NCBI GenBank assembly: GCA_964635945.1
Contig: CAZWQT010000002.1
Span: forward strand, 1,519 to 65,518
Reading direction: 5' to 3'
Length of the DNA: 64,000 bases
Origin: an uncultured Akkermansia sp.
GTDB taxonomy: Bacteria > Verrucomicrobiota > Verrucomicrobiia > Methylacidiphilales > Verrucolacustridaceae
Below the pieces are notes generated by a model. It did no database searches, was not told the DNA's origin, and was given only the letters and a program-made list of their open reading frames with translations. Below, piece by piece: positions 10,888-20,201 of this stretch; within the stretch, counting starts at the first letter, position 1, and each line of letters begins with the position of its first letter. Both the position numbers and the translations under genes were made by a program.

Positions 10888-12153
10888 TTAGGCGGCTTTT
10901 CGTGACTCTTTGCGTTTGATGATGGGGGTGCGCTGTCCTTCGACCACGGGACGGTTGATGATGACCTCCTCCACATCGTCGCGCGAAGGGATCTCATACA
11001 TGAGGTCCAGCATCATGCCTTCCAAGAGGCTGCGGAGGGCCCGGGCGCCGGTGCCCTTTTTCATCGCCTTGTCCGCAAGGCACTTGAGGGCATCGCGGGT
11101 AAAGTTCAGTTTCACCCCTTCCATGCCGAAGAGCTTGGCGTATTGCTTAGTGAGGCAGTTTTTGGTCTCCGTGAGAACGGCGATGAGTTCCTCGGCCGTA
11201 AGCGGGTTGAGGTGGGTGAGGACCGGGAGACGGCCAATAAACTCGGGGATCATCCCGAATTTCAGAAGATCCTCGGGTTCGGTATGGCGCAGCAGGGTGG
11301 GGCCTTCCTCGACCATGGGCGCAGAGCCCGGCCCGGCCCCAAAGCCCAGAGCCCGGCCGCCAAGGCGTTTGCGGACGATCTCGTCCAGCCCCACAAAACC
11401 GCCGCCGCAGATGAAAAGAATGTTCTGGGTGTTGATGGCGATATGCTCCTGCTGGGGGTGTTTGCGACCTCCCTGGGGAGGGACGTGGCAAACCGTGCCT
11501 TCGAGGATCTTCAGGAGACCCTGCTGGACGCCCTCGCCGGAAACATCGCGGGTGATCGAGGCGCTGTCGGACTTGCGTCCGATCTTATCGATTTCGTCGA
11601 TATAGACGATGCCCAGCTCGGCGCGCTTCACGTCGTAATCGGCATTCTGGAGTAGGCGAAGAATAATGGTCTCCACATCCTCACCCACGTAACCGGCCTC
11701 GGTGAGGGAGGTGGCGTCGGCGATGGCGAACGGGACATCGAGAATGCGGGCCAGAGTGCGGGCCAGGAGGGTTTTCCCGCAACCTGTGGGGCCGATGAGG
11801 AGAATGTTGCTTTTCTCCAGTTCCACATCGGCATGGTCGGTGGGCAGGGTGTCGCCAAACTCTCCGCGCACGCGTTTGTAGTGGTTGTGGACGGCGACGG
11901 CAAGGGTGCGCTTGGCGCGTTCCTGGCCGATGACGTGGCGATCGAGTTCCGCCCGGATTTCCCGCGGCTTGGGCAAAGCTTTGAGAAGACCTTTTCCCAC
12001 GGATCCTTCCCCGGCTTCCCGGTGAAGGATATTCGTGCAAAGGGTAATGCAGTTGTCGCAGATGTAGACTCCCGGTCCGGCGATGAGTTTCTTCACCTCC
12101 GCATGGCTCTTTCCGCAGAAAGAGCAAAGGGTGAGGTGGGTGGGGCGGGCCAC
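10888..12153 (-). CDS. clpX: ATP-dependent Clp protease ATPase subunit
   Basis: CSFCGK zinc finger, [21 protein letters not shown] loop. Confidence 0.98.
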   Translation of the reverse strand: MARPTHLTLCSFCGKSHAEVKKLIAGPGVYICDNCITLCTNILHREAGEGSVGKGLLKALPKPREIRAELDRHVIGQERAKRTLAVAVHNHYKRVRGEFGDTLPTDHADVELEKSNILLIGPTGCGKTLLARTLARILDVPFAIADATSLTEAGYVGEDVETIILRLLQNADYDVKRAELGIVYIDEIDKIGRKSDSASITRDVSGEGVQQGLLKILEGTVCHVPPQGGRKHPQQEHIAINTQNILFICGGGFVGLDEIVRKRLGGRALGFGAGPGSAPMVEEGPTLLRHTEPEDLLKFGMIPEFIGRLPVLTHLNPLTAEELIAVLTETKNCLTKQYAKLFGMEGVKLNFTRDALKCLADKAMKKGTGARALRSLLEGMMLDLMYEIPSRDDVEEVIINRPVVEGQRTPIIKRKESRKAA

Positions 12154-12165
12154 AGAGGCTCCGGA

Positions 12166-12789
12166 CTATTTTGGGGCTTGGGCCGGCTTGTTAAAAGTGA
12201 CGACGTGGTCGACCAGTCCGTAGGCCTTCGCATCCTCGGCAGACATAAAGCGGTCACGATCCGTGTCCTTTTCGACCGTCTCAAACTTCTGCCCCGTGTG
12301 GTGGGCAAGGATCTCGTTGAGCCGCTTTTTGGCCCGCAGGATTTCCTGGGCCTGGATGCTGATGTCCGTGGCCTGGCCCTGCGCTCCGCCCAAAGGCTGG
12401 TGAATCATGATGCGGGCGTTGGGAAGGCAGTAGCGCTTGCCCTTGGTGCCGGCAGCCAAAAGCACGGCCCCCATGCTGGCGGCCTGCCCGATGCAGTAAG
12501 TTGCCACATCGCAACTGATGTACTGCATGGTGTCATAAATGGCCAATCCAGCCGTGACATAGCCGCCGGGGGAGTGGACGTAAATGTTCACGTCCTTTTT
12601 CGGGTCCTCCATCTGGAGAAAAAGAAGCTGGGCGATGATGGAGTTGGCCATGCTGTCATCAATCGCGGTGCCAATGAAAACAATCCGGTCCTTGAGGAGG
12701 CGGGAATAGATGTCGTAGGCGCGTTCCCCGCGGCCGGTCTGCTCAATTACGCTCGGGACATAATAGTCCGCGCGAGGTTCTTTGTTCAT
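12166..12789 (-). CDS. clpP: Clp protease proteolytic subunit
   Basis: [22 protein letters not shown]. Confidence 0.98.
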   Translation of the reverse strand: MNKEPRADYYVPSVIEQTGRGERAYDIYSRLLKDRIVFIGTAIDDSMANSIIAQLLFLQMEDPKKDVNIYVHSPGGYVTAGLAIYDTMQYISCDVATYCIGQAASMGAVLLAAGTKGKRYCLPNARIMIHQPLGGAQGQATDISIQAQEILRAKKRLNEILAHHTGQKFETVEKDTDRDRFMSAEDAKAYGLVDHVVTFNKPAQAPK

Positions 12790-12798
12790 ACGGAAAGG

Positions 12799-14097
12799 TT
12801 AGGAACGGACCGCGTGTTGCAAAAGAAAATCAACGGTTTTTCTGCGCAACAGGGTGTCAGCAAGTGAGGGTAAAGCGCCGGACTTCTGCAGCCGCTTGGC
12901 GAAGAGGCGGACATCCTGCCCGGAGTGGGCGGCGAGATGGGAGACCTCGTGCAGAATCTCCGTCTCCTCCACTTTCAAGCCTTCAGTCTCCGCCACCTTG
13001 CGAAGGAGGAAGGAGAGCTTCACGTTTTCTTCCGCACTGCGCCCGGCCGCGGCGAGAATCTCGTCCTTGTGCTTGAGCATTTCCTCCTGGGGCACCCCGC
13101 GCCGTTGGTTTTCCTCGATCAACCGGGCGACCAGGCGGCGCCGTTCGTCCTCGAGCAAGGGCTCGGGCACGTCCATCTTCACGGCGGAAAGAAGGGCGTG
13201 GGTCACGGCTTTCGAGTCCTCGGAACGGACCGCATTTTCCCGGGAGGCTGCCAGATCCTCCCGAATCCTCTTCTTCAGCTCCTCGAGAGAGATCTTATAG
13301 TTTTCCTGGCAGAACGCCTCATCCAGTTCGGGCACATGGCGTTCCTTTAGCTCCAGCAAAGTGACCTGATACCGCCCGGTTTGGCCGCGGAGGGGGGTCT
13401 GGGGGAAATCCGCGGGAAATTTCACCTCCACCTCCCCGGTGTCCCCGGGTTTCATCCCGTAGATGGCGGGGCAGAAGCCCGGCAGAAAAGAATCGGCCTT
13501 GAGCCAGAGCCAAAGCTTTTTGGCCGCGGCGATCTGACCGGCCTGAGGGGCAATTTCAATAATTTTTTTGCCGCCGCACGTGCCTTCAAAATCAACCACG
13601 GCAAAGTCGCCCTCCCGGGCAGGGCGGGGCTCAAGGCTATGGAAGTGGGCCATGGGCTCCGCGAGTTGCTGAAGAGCGGCTTCCACATCCTTGTCGGTGA
13701 TGGGTTCCGCGGATTTTTTGGGAATCTTCAGTCCCTTGGCGGCCGGCACCTTAAATTCCGGGGCAAGATCAACCCGCAGGATGAACTGAAATTTCTGGTC
13801 CTTGCCAAAATTGGCCTCCTCAACCGAGGGGTCATCGACGAGCTGGAGCTTTTCTTTTTCCACGGCGGCCCGGAGGGCTTCGCGGAGGAGAACATCCCGC
13901 AGCTCGGCCTGAATGTCAGGTGCGTAACGCTTGCGCACCATCTCAAGGGGAGCCCGGCCCGGACGGAAACCCGGAAGACGGGCGGACTTCTGAAAGGAGA
14001 GGGTGACCTGTTGCTCCTTTTGGCGGACATGGTCAGCCGGAATTTCGCCCTTCACGCGGCGCCGGCATCCCCCGACATTTTCCACAGAAAACTTCAT
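12799..14097 (-). CDS. tig: Trigger factor
   Basis: LPGFRPGRAP signature, FKBP domain, tig-clpP-clpX order. Confidence 0.96.
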   Translation of the reverse strand: MKFSVENVGGCRRRVKGEIPADHVRQKEQQVTLSFQKSARLPGFRPGRAPLEMVRKRYAPDIQAELRDVLLREALRAAVEKEKLQLVDDPSVEEANFGKDQKFQFILRVDLAPEFKVPAAKGLKIPKKSAEPITDKDVEAALQQLAEPMAHFHSLEPRPAREGDFAVVDFEGTCGGKKIIEIAPQAGQIAAAKKLWLWLKADSFLPGFCPAIYGMKPGDTGEVEVKFPADFPQTPLRGQTGRYQVTLLELKERHVPELDEAFCQENYKISLEELKKRIREDLAASRENAVRSEDSKAVTHALLSAVKMDVPEPLLEDERRRLVARLIEENQRRGVPQEEMLKHKDEILAAAGRSAEENVKLSFLLRKVAETEGLKVEETEILHEVSHLAAHSGQDVRLFAKRLQKSGALPSLADTLLRRKTVDFLLQHAVRS

Positions 14098-14109
14098 TTC
14101 GAGCCGGAC

Positions 14110-14138
14110 ATCCTAACGGAAAAAGGGCGGTTGGCCAA
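14110..14138 (-). promoter_or_regulatory. Putative promoter of tig-clpP-clpX
   Basis: Minus strand TTGGCC-17 bp-TAGGAT, 12 nt before the tig ATG. Confidence 0.6.
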
Positions 14139-14150
14139 GGGAAAGGGGCT

Positions 14151-14627
14151 TCAGGCGGCCCGGCGCGGGCAGACTCCCTTTTCCCGGAGAGAGTCGCAGG
14201 TGGCCTCAATCTGTAGGCTGACTCGCTGCGGACTGAAGCCGTGATCCTTTGTGACGATGGATTCACGGACATCCAGACAGTGGTCGTGAAACTCAATAAC
14301 CTTTTGGCAGTCGACGCAGACAAAGTGTCCGTGCCTTGGGGCGTCCGCGAAGTTGGGGTCATATTGCGGGGACTGCTGGCCCAGACCCACCTGCCGAATC
14401 AGACCGGCACGGACAAGGAAGGCGAGGGTGCGATAGACAGTGGCGCGGGAGACTTTCTCGTCGCGGCGCCGGCAGCGGGACAACAGGGACTCGGCGGTGA
14501 AGTGCTCCTTGGTGTCAAAGACCATCTCGGTCACGAGCCGACGCTGGGATGTGAGACGGAGCCCTTGCGAGCGCATGCTTTCAAAGGCACGCTCCCGAGC
14601 GCTCGGTTTTGGCATCCCGATTTTCAA
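14151..14627 (-). CDS. fur: Fur-family metalloregulator
   Basis: LRLTSQR, HFTAE, SRATVYRTL, HGHFVCVDC; TTG start overlaps the LysR stop. Confidence 0.9.
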   Translation of the reverse strand: MKIGMPKPSARERAFESMRSQGLRLTSQRRLVTEMVFDTKEHFTAESLLSRCRRRDEKVSRATVYRTLAFLVRAGLIRQVGLGQQSPQYDPNFADAPRHGHFVCVDCQKVIEFHDHCLDVRESIVTKDHGFSPQRVSLQIEATCDSLREKGVCPRRAA

Positions 14628-15544
14628 TCCGCGCCGTTCTCCGAACCTTCCTCGACTCCGCGGCTCTTGGATACCTTGAGCGCCTTGAGAAAACGTTTCA
14701 CCGCAGGACTGACCACCCGGGAGGCTCGGGAAACCACGCCGAGAGGCCGGGTGATTTCGGCGCCGTGATGAGGGACGGTGACCAGGGTTCCGGAGGCAAG
14801 CTCTGCGGAAACGACGGATTTCGGGAGAAAGGCGACCCCGGCATCGATTTCAACCGCACTTTTCAGGGTCTCGACGTTATCGAACTCCATTTTCGGCTGA
14901 AACTTGAGGCCGCGGGTGGCGAGGATTTTGTCCAGCCCCTGCCGCGTGGGCATCTCCGGGGCCAAAGAGACAATTTTATATTGGGAAAGTTCGGCCAATG
15001 GCACCGCTCCTTTTTTGACCAAGGGATGCCCCGGGGCGGCGATGATGTGCAGCGTGTCTTTTTTGAACGTCTCAACTTTCAGCCCCTTGCGCGGAGCGGG
15101 AAAAGCCACGAAGCCGACATCCGCATCTCCGTCGGCCACACATTCGTAAACTTCGTTGGAGCGGCGGTAATCAACCTGCACCTTCACCTGGGGAAACGCC
15201 TTTAAGAACTCCTTGATGTAAGGGGGGAGTTCGTGGATGCCCACGCTAGGCACGGCCGCCAAGCGGATGGTGCCGGAGATGATGTTGCGCATTTCCTCCA
15301 GCTGGTGTTGAAAGCGTTGGTAATGAGCAATGATTTCCCGGCTGGCCTCATAGAGCAGTTGCCCTTCCCGGGTGAGGGCGAACTGCTTGCTGGTTCTTTC
15401 CAGCAGGGGAACGCGCAGACGCTGCTCAATGGACCTGAGTTGTTGGCTGACGGCCGACTGGGTGATGCCGTTGAGCGAAGCGGAGCGACTGAAGGATTTG
15501 GTCTCCACCAGATCACGGAAGACACGAAAAGATTCCACCTGCAT
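14624..15544 (-). CDS. LysR-family transcriptional regulator
   Basis: SFSRSA..ITQSAVSQQLRSIE HTH followed by a LysR substrate domain. Confidence 0.95.
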   Translation of the reverse strand: MQVESFRVFRDLVETKSFSRSASLNGITQSAVSQQLRSIEQRLRVPLLERTSKQFALTREGQLLYEASREIIAHYQRFQHQLEEMRNIISGTIRLAAVPSVGIHELPPYIKEFLKAFPQVKVQVDYRRSNEVYECVADGDADVGFVAFPAPRKGLKVETFKKDTLHIIAAPGHPLVKKGAVPLAELSQYKIVSLAPEMPTRQGLDKILATRGLKFQPKMEFDNVETLKSAVEIDAGVAFLPKSVVSAELASGTLVTVPHHGAEITRPLGVVSRASRVVSPAVKRFLKALKVSKSRGVEEGSENGAD

Positions 15545-15598
15545 AAGATAGGAGTATTATGCACTCTTATTGAGCAGGCAAATCAAGCTTAACTAATC

Positions 15599-16288
15599 AT
15601 GATCGACCCATTGGAGCATACTTATTCCCGTATTTGCGGGGAAATACGTCAGGCCGCCGAGAAGGCGGGGCGGGATCCTGCATCGGTCCGCCTCCTCGCC
15701 GTAAGCAAAAAAGTCAACGCGGAGCGATTACGGGTCCTCTGGGCCTTGGGACACCGACTTTTTGGAGAGAACCGTGTGCAGGAAGCGCGTGTAAAAGTTC
15801 CGGAAATGCCGCCGGGCGGGGAATGGCATTTCATCGGAGGTCTGCAAACGAACAAGGCCAAGGAGGCCGTGGAATGGTTTGACATGATTGAGTCAGTCGA
15901 CCGCCTGGAACTGGCTCAAGAGCTGCAAAAGCGGGCCGAGGCTGCGGGAAAAAACCTCCGGGTTCTTTTGGAGGTGAACGTGGGCGGAGAAGCGGCGAAA
16001 CACGGGGCCCGCCCGGAGAACGCGGGGGAGTTGCTGCAAGCGGTGAATGCCATGTCCCGTCTTGAGGTCCGGGGATTGATGGCCATCCCGCCGTTCCGGG
16101 AGGAACCGGAAGAGGCGCGGCCCTTTTTTCGGAAGTTGCGGGAGATTCGCGACCAGCTCGAGCAGGCCTCCGGAGCCGGCCTTCCGGAGCTCTCCATGGG
16201 GATGAGCCATGATTTTTCGGTGGCGATTGCGGAGGGGGCCACGCTGGTGCGCATCGGAACGGCACTGTTCGGTCCGCGCCCGGGGTGA
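15599..16288 (+). CDS. yggS: PLP homeostasis protein YggS
   Basis: LAVSK, FGENRVQE, WHFIGGLQTNK, LSMGMSHDF, RIGTALFG. Confidence 0.96.
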   Translation: MIDPLEHTYSRICGEIRQAAEKAGRDPASVRLLAVSKKVNAERLRVLWALGHRLFGENRVQEARVKVPEMPPGGEWHFIGGLQTNKAKEAVEWFDMIESVDRLELAQELQKRAEAAGKNLRVLLEVNVGGEAAKHGARPENAGELLQAVNAMSRLEVRGLMAIPPFREEPEEARPFFRKLREIRDQLEQASGAGLPELSMGMSHDFSVAIAEGATLVRIGTALFGPRPG

Positions 16289-16893
16289 GGTCTCAGATCC
16301 TTCCACGGTCCTTCTATGCGACGAAGGATCCGGTGGCGGTGGCGTTGCGGCTTCTGGGGAAAGTGGTCCGAGTGGAAACCGGCAACGGCTGCTGCGCCGG
16401 CCGCATCGTGGAAACGGAAGCCTATGGCGGGCGGGCGGATCGTGCGTCCCACGCCTGGCATGGGCGCACGCCGAGAAATGAATCAATGTTTGGCGCGCCG
16501 GGCACGGCCTATGTTTATCTTTGTTACGGAATCCACCGGATGTTCAACGTTGTCACGGCGCCAAGCGGGATCCCTGCGGCGGTTTTGATCCGGGCGGTTG
16601 AACCGATCGAGGGATTGGAACAGATGGCCCGTCGTCGAAAAATGCCCCGGAACGATCGTCGCCTGACCGCAGGACCGGGGTCTTGGACGGCAGCTTTGGG
16701 AATCCGCATGGAATGGGATCGAAGCGATCTTGTTTGCGGGCCGGTTCGAATCGAGGATGACGGGATGCGGATCGTTGCCACCCAGATTCAGCGGCGTCCC
16801 CGGGTGGGGGTCAATTATGCCGGGGCGGCCGCCCGTTTCCCCTGGCGGTTTTCCATCCGTGGCAACCCCTGGGTGAGCCGAAGTCGCTCATGA
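16285..16893 (+). CDS. mpg: DNA-3-methyladenine glycosylase (AAG/MPG family)
   Basis: GRIVETEAY, AYVYLCYGIH, AVLIRAVEP, RVGV. Confidence 0.95.
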   Translation: MRSQILPRSFYATKDPVAVALRLLGKVVRVETGNGCCAGRIVETEAYGGRADRASHAWHGRTPRNESMFGAPGTAYVYLCYGIHRMFNVVTAPSGIPAAVLIRAVEPIEGLEQMARRRKMPRNDRRLTAGPGSWTAALGIRMEWDRSDLVCGPVRIEDDGMRIVATQIQRRPRVGVNYAGAAARFPWRFSIRGNPWVSRSRS

Positions 16894-18302
16894 AAAAATC
16901 GCCGCGCATTCTTTCCACCCTGGAAAAAGCGCAGGAGATTAATTTTTCCGGCCGTCACTATGGAACGATCGCCGAGATCGGGGCGGGTCAGGAAGTGGCC
17001 CGCTGGTTTTTCCAGGCGGGGGGCGCAGCCGGCACCGTGGCCAAGAGCATATCGGCCTATGACATGACCTTCAGCAACGCGATTTATGGAAAAGCAGGAC
17101 GGTTTGTCTCGCGGGAGCGGCTTAAAGAGATGCTGGATTATGAGTATCGGCTGCTGATCGAGCGGTTGGGGACGGAACGGGGGGATCAAACGAGGTTTTT
17201 TGTTTTTGCAGACACGGTGACAGCCCGCAGTCACAAGCATGCCAGCGATGGGAAGGGATGGCTGGGGATACGGTTTCAAACAGAACCCAACCGCGCTCCG
17301 GGGGAAATCCATCTGCACGTCCGCTTGATGGATCCCACCAATTCCGAGCAGATGGAGGTCTTGGGCATGCTGGGGGTGAATCTAATTCACGCCGCCTTTT
17401 TACATTGGCGAAATCCGGAGGAGATTCTGAACCGGTTGATGGACGGAATCCGGTACGGGCGTCTGGAGGTGGATATGGTCGCGTTCGGCGGGCCGGTGTT
17501 CGCGCGGGTCGACAACCGGCTCGCCAGCCTGAAATTGGTGCGTTCAAATCTTACGCCCGTGTCCCTTTTTGCCGCGACCGGGGAGAATCTTGAGGCGGAA
17601 GATAGCTTTTACAACAAGTCGGTCCTACTTCTTCGGGGCCACTATCGACCGATCACCAATTTTCACATGAGGATGATGTCCAAGGCGTCCGCCGTTTTCC
17701 GGGCTGATCCAGACAACAAGGGCCGGGAGATTGTGGAGGTATGTGAGATCACCATGCGGAATCTGGTGCGGAGCCGCAAAGCGGGCATCGAGGATTTTCT
17801 CGACCGGGTGGACTGCCTGGGTGCGCTCAAGCGGACAGTGATGGTCAGCAATATTTTTCGGTTTCACCGGTTGGCGCAGTACATCACCCAGCGCACGAAG
17901 GGATGCGTCGGCTTTGTCATCGGCGTGCCACTTCTCAGCAAGATGCTCGAAGAACAGTTTTACAGCGACCTGCCCGGAGGAATTCTGGAGGCCATGGGGC
18001 GGCTGTTCCTGCCGGGCGTGAAGCTCCTGGTTCAACCCGGCCACGACCCCGTGAACGGAGCGTTCGTCACCGGGCATAGCCTGATTGTGCCCGAGCCGAT
18101 CCGGGAAATTTACGAATACCTTGTGCGGACCGGCCGGATCGTCGACCTGTCTGGAGAACAAAAAGACCTACCGGCCTGCTCGAGTTCTGAAATCCTCAGG
18201 AACATTCGTGCCGGCAAAAAAGGTTGGGAGAGAAATGTGCCCAGCCCGGTGGCGAATCTTATCCGCCGGCGCCGGCTTTTCGGCTATCGTGCCGCCCGCT
18301 GA
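16890..18302 (+). CDS. Conserved protein: CinA/PncC-like N-terminus plus NadD-like nucleotidyltransferase C-terminus
   Basis: RGHYRPITNFH (HIGH-like) and SSSEILRNIRAG..VPSPVANLI..LFGY (NadD-like tail); function unproven. Confidence 0.7.
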   Translation: MKKSPRILSTLEKAQEINFSGRHYGTIAEIGAGQEVARWFFQAGGAAGTVAKSISAYDMTFSNAIYGKAGRFVSRERLKEMLDYEYRLLIERLGTERGDQTRFFVFADTVTARSHKHASDGKGWLGIRFQTEPNRAPGEIHLHVRLMDPTNSEQMEVLGMLGVNLIHAAFLHWRNPEEILNRLMDGIRYGRLEVDMVAFGGPVFARVDNRLASLKLVRSNLTPVSLFAATGENLEAEDSFYNKSVLLLRGHYRPITNFHMRMMSKASAVFRADPDNKGREIVEVCEITMRNLVRSRKAGIEDFLDRVDCLGALKRTVMVSNIFRFHRLAQYITQRTKGCVGFVIGVPLLSKMLEEQFYSDLPGGILEAMGRLFLPGVKLLVQPGHDPVNGAFVTGHSLIVPEPIREIYEYLVRTGRIVDLSGEQKDLPACSSSEILRNIRAGKKGWERNVPSPVANLIRRRRLFGYRAAR

Positions 18303-18694
18303 TGGCACTGCAGATCCATAAACCAAACCTAGGTTCGACCCCGGTTTGTATGATGGTGGTGGGGATGGGGGCGAGGAATCTGCGCGGATTTCTATTTCTC
18401 TGGACCCAGATCGCCTCCTTTGTGAGGGATACCAAGCGGGCGGAAGGATGCCGGGGCGTGTGCCCGGGGATCAGCAGCCTGCGGAGGTTGGTTTTGGTAA
18501 GCTATTGGCGAAATCGGGAAGCGCTGCAGGCCTTCGTACGCTCGCCTGCGCACCTGGCGTGGATGCGGTTCATCGCCAAGCATCCCGACAGTCTTGATCT
18601 TTTTAACGAGACATACGGTCAGCCGGTGGCGTTGAATACCATCAATACCCGGGGTGGCTTTACCGCCGCTGCGGAACAGGAGGGCAAAACATGA
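18302..18694 (+). CDS. Small ABM/DUF4188-like monooxygenase-fold protein
   Basis: VSYWRNREALQAFVRSPAHLAWMR..FNETY; TGATG coupling upstream, ATGA downstream. Confidence 0.7.
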   Translation: MALQIHKPNLGSTPVCMMVVGMGARNLRGFLFLWTQIASFVRDTKRAEGCRGVCPGISSLRRLVLVSYWRNREALQAFVRSPAHLAWMRFIAKHPDSLDLFNETYGQPVALNTINTRGGFTAAAEQEGKT

Positions 18695-19134
18695 GTCGAT
18701 GGCTAAGTTTGGCTTTGGTTTTTATCGTGGGGGCGGCGGCCGTAGCCCAGGAAAACAAATCCGGGACTATCAAGGTCGTCATCGAAGGCGTGCTGGATGG
18801 CCAGGGCCAGGTTCGGGTGGCGCTCGAAAAGAACGCCAAGGATTTCGACTCCGGAGCTTTTGACGCTCCAAAATATCTCTCCCGAGTCGAAGAGGCCAAG
18901 GGGGAGAAGGTGCCCGTGGTTTTCCCGGCGGTGCCTTACGGGGTCTACGCCATCAAGACCTTTCAGGATCTGGATGGGGACGGGAAGCTGAAGACCGGGT
19001 TTATGGGGGCGCCGGAGGAGCCGTGGGGATTTTCCAACGACGCCACCGGATTCATGGGGCCGGCCGATTTCAGCGATGCGAAGTTTAACCTGGATACACC
19101 GGAGCTGGAATTAACAATCCATCTCAAGAAATAA
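18691..19134 (+). CDS. DUF2141-family secreted protein
   Basis: Signal peptide; GVYAIKTFQDLDGDGKL..GAPEEPWGFSN..GPADFSDAKF. Confidence 0.88.
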   Translation: MSRWLSLALVFIVGAAAVAQENKSGTIKVVIEGVLDGQGQVRVALEKNAKDFDSGAFDAPKYLSRVEEAKGEKVPVVFPAVPYGVYAIKTFQDLDGDGKLKTGFMGAPEEPWGFSNDATGFMGPADFSDAKFNLDTPELELTIHLKK

Positions 19135-19262
19135 CGGATCAAACACCGTTTCCTCTGAGGGCGGATCCTGCCTGACAGATTTGGCAAGCCCCGACATTCC
19201 GGCGAACCGCGTTTCCATCTAAAAATTCTTGGAATGTTATTTCAGTCACGGGCGGGCACGGA

Positions 19263-19290
19263 TTGACGGGAGAGGGGCGAAACTTACCGT
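19263..19290 (+). promoter_or_regulatory. Putative leaderless promoter of parB
   Basis: TTGACG-16 bp-TACCGT, 7 nt before ATG 19298; no SD. Confidence 0.55.
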
Positions 19291-19297
19291 TGGAAGC

Positions 19298-20185
19298 ATG
19301 GCCAAAGCACCGCTGGGCAGGGGGTTGGGAGCCCTTTTGGGGACGAGCAAGTCCCCCCTCGACTCCCCGGAGATCCGCCCGGATGAGGGGGAGAAGATCC
19401 AGCAACTGGGGATCGGCGAGATTCGGCCCAGTCGTTTCCAGCCCCGGCGGGTCTTTGCCGAGGAGAGCCTGGCGGAGTTGGTGGACTCCATCCGGGCCAA
19501 GGGGATTTTTCAGCCGCTGATCGTCCGGCGTTCCGGAAGCGGGTCCGGTTATGAGTTGATCGCCGGGGAGCGGCGCTGGCGGGCTGCGCAAAAGCTAAGC
19601 CTGGTGCGAGTGCCGGCCATCGTAAGGCAGGCCACCGACCAGCAGGTCCTCGAGTTTGCCCTGATTGAAAATCTGCAGCGAGCCGAATTGGATCCCGTGG
19701 AGGAAGCCGACGGCTACGCCACCCTGATTGAATCGTTCGGCCTGAAACAGGAGGAGGTGGCTGAGCGGGTGGGGAAAAATCGGGCCACGGTGGCCAATGC
19801 CCTCCGCTTGCGCTCGTTACCTTCCGAGGTGCGCGATCTCCTGCGCTCCAAGCAAATCACCGTGGGCCACGCCAAAGCGATTCTTGGGTTGAGCGAGCCG
19901 GCGGCGCAGACGGCGGTTGCACGGGAGGCGGTGAAGCGGGGCCTGAGCGTCCGGCAAGCGGAGGCCTTGGTACGACGGCAAACGAGCGGCAGTCGTGGAC
20001 GTAAAAAGAATCGCCGCTTCCAGGAGGCAGATTGGCGGGACCTGGAATTGAAGTTGCAGCGGGCCACGGGAACCCGCGCCCGGATCTTGGGCTCGGGAGA
20101 AAAAGGGCGTATCGAACTGCCGTACACCTCGGCGGCGGAGTTGGATCGACTCACTGCCCATCTTGGGGTGCGGAGCGACCTCTGA
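19298..20185 (+). CDS. parB: Chromosome partitioning protein ParB/Spo0J
   Basis: LGRGLGALL, QPRRVF, LIAGERRWRA, ENLQR, HTH. Confidence 0.96.
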   Translation: MAKAPLGRGLGALLGTSKSPLDSPEIRPDEGEKIQQLGIGEIRPSRFQPRRVFAEESLAELVDSIRAKGIFQPLIVRRSGSGSGYELIAGERRWRAAQKLSLVRVPAIVRQATDQQVLEFALIENLQRAELDPVEEADGYATLIESFGLKQEEVAERVGKNRATVANALRLRSLPSEVRDLLRSKQITVGHAKAILGLSEPAAQTAVAREAVKRGLSVRQAEALVRRQTSGSRGRKKNRRFQEADWRDLELKLQRATGTRARILGSGEKGRIELPYTSAAELDRLTAHLGVRSDL

Positions 20186-20201
20186 GGAAGCCCGTCCGGT
20201 T

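Noticed and set aside
19135-19297. parS site or ncRNA upstream of parB
   Set aside because: No match to the TGTTTCACGTGAAACA palindrome and no convincing stable structure seen.
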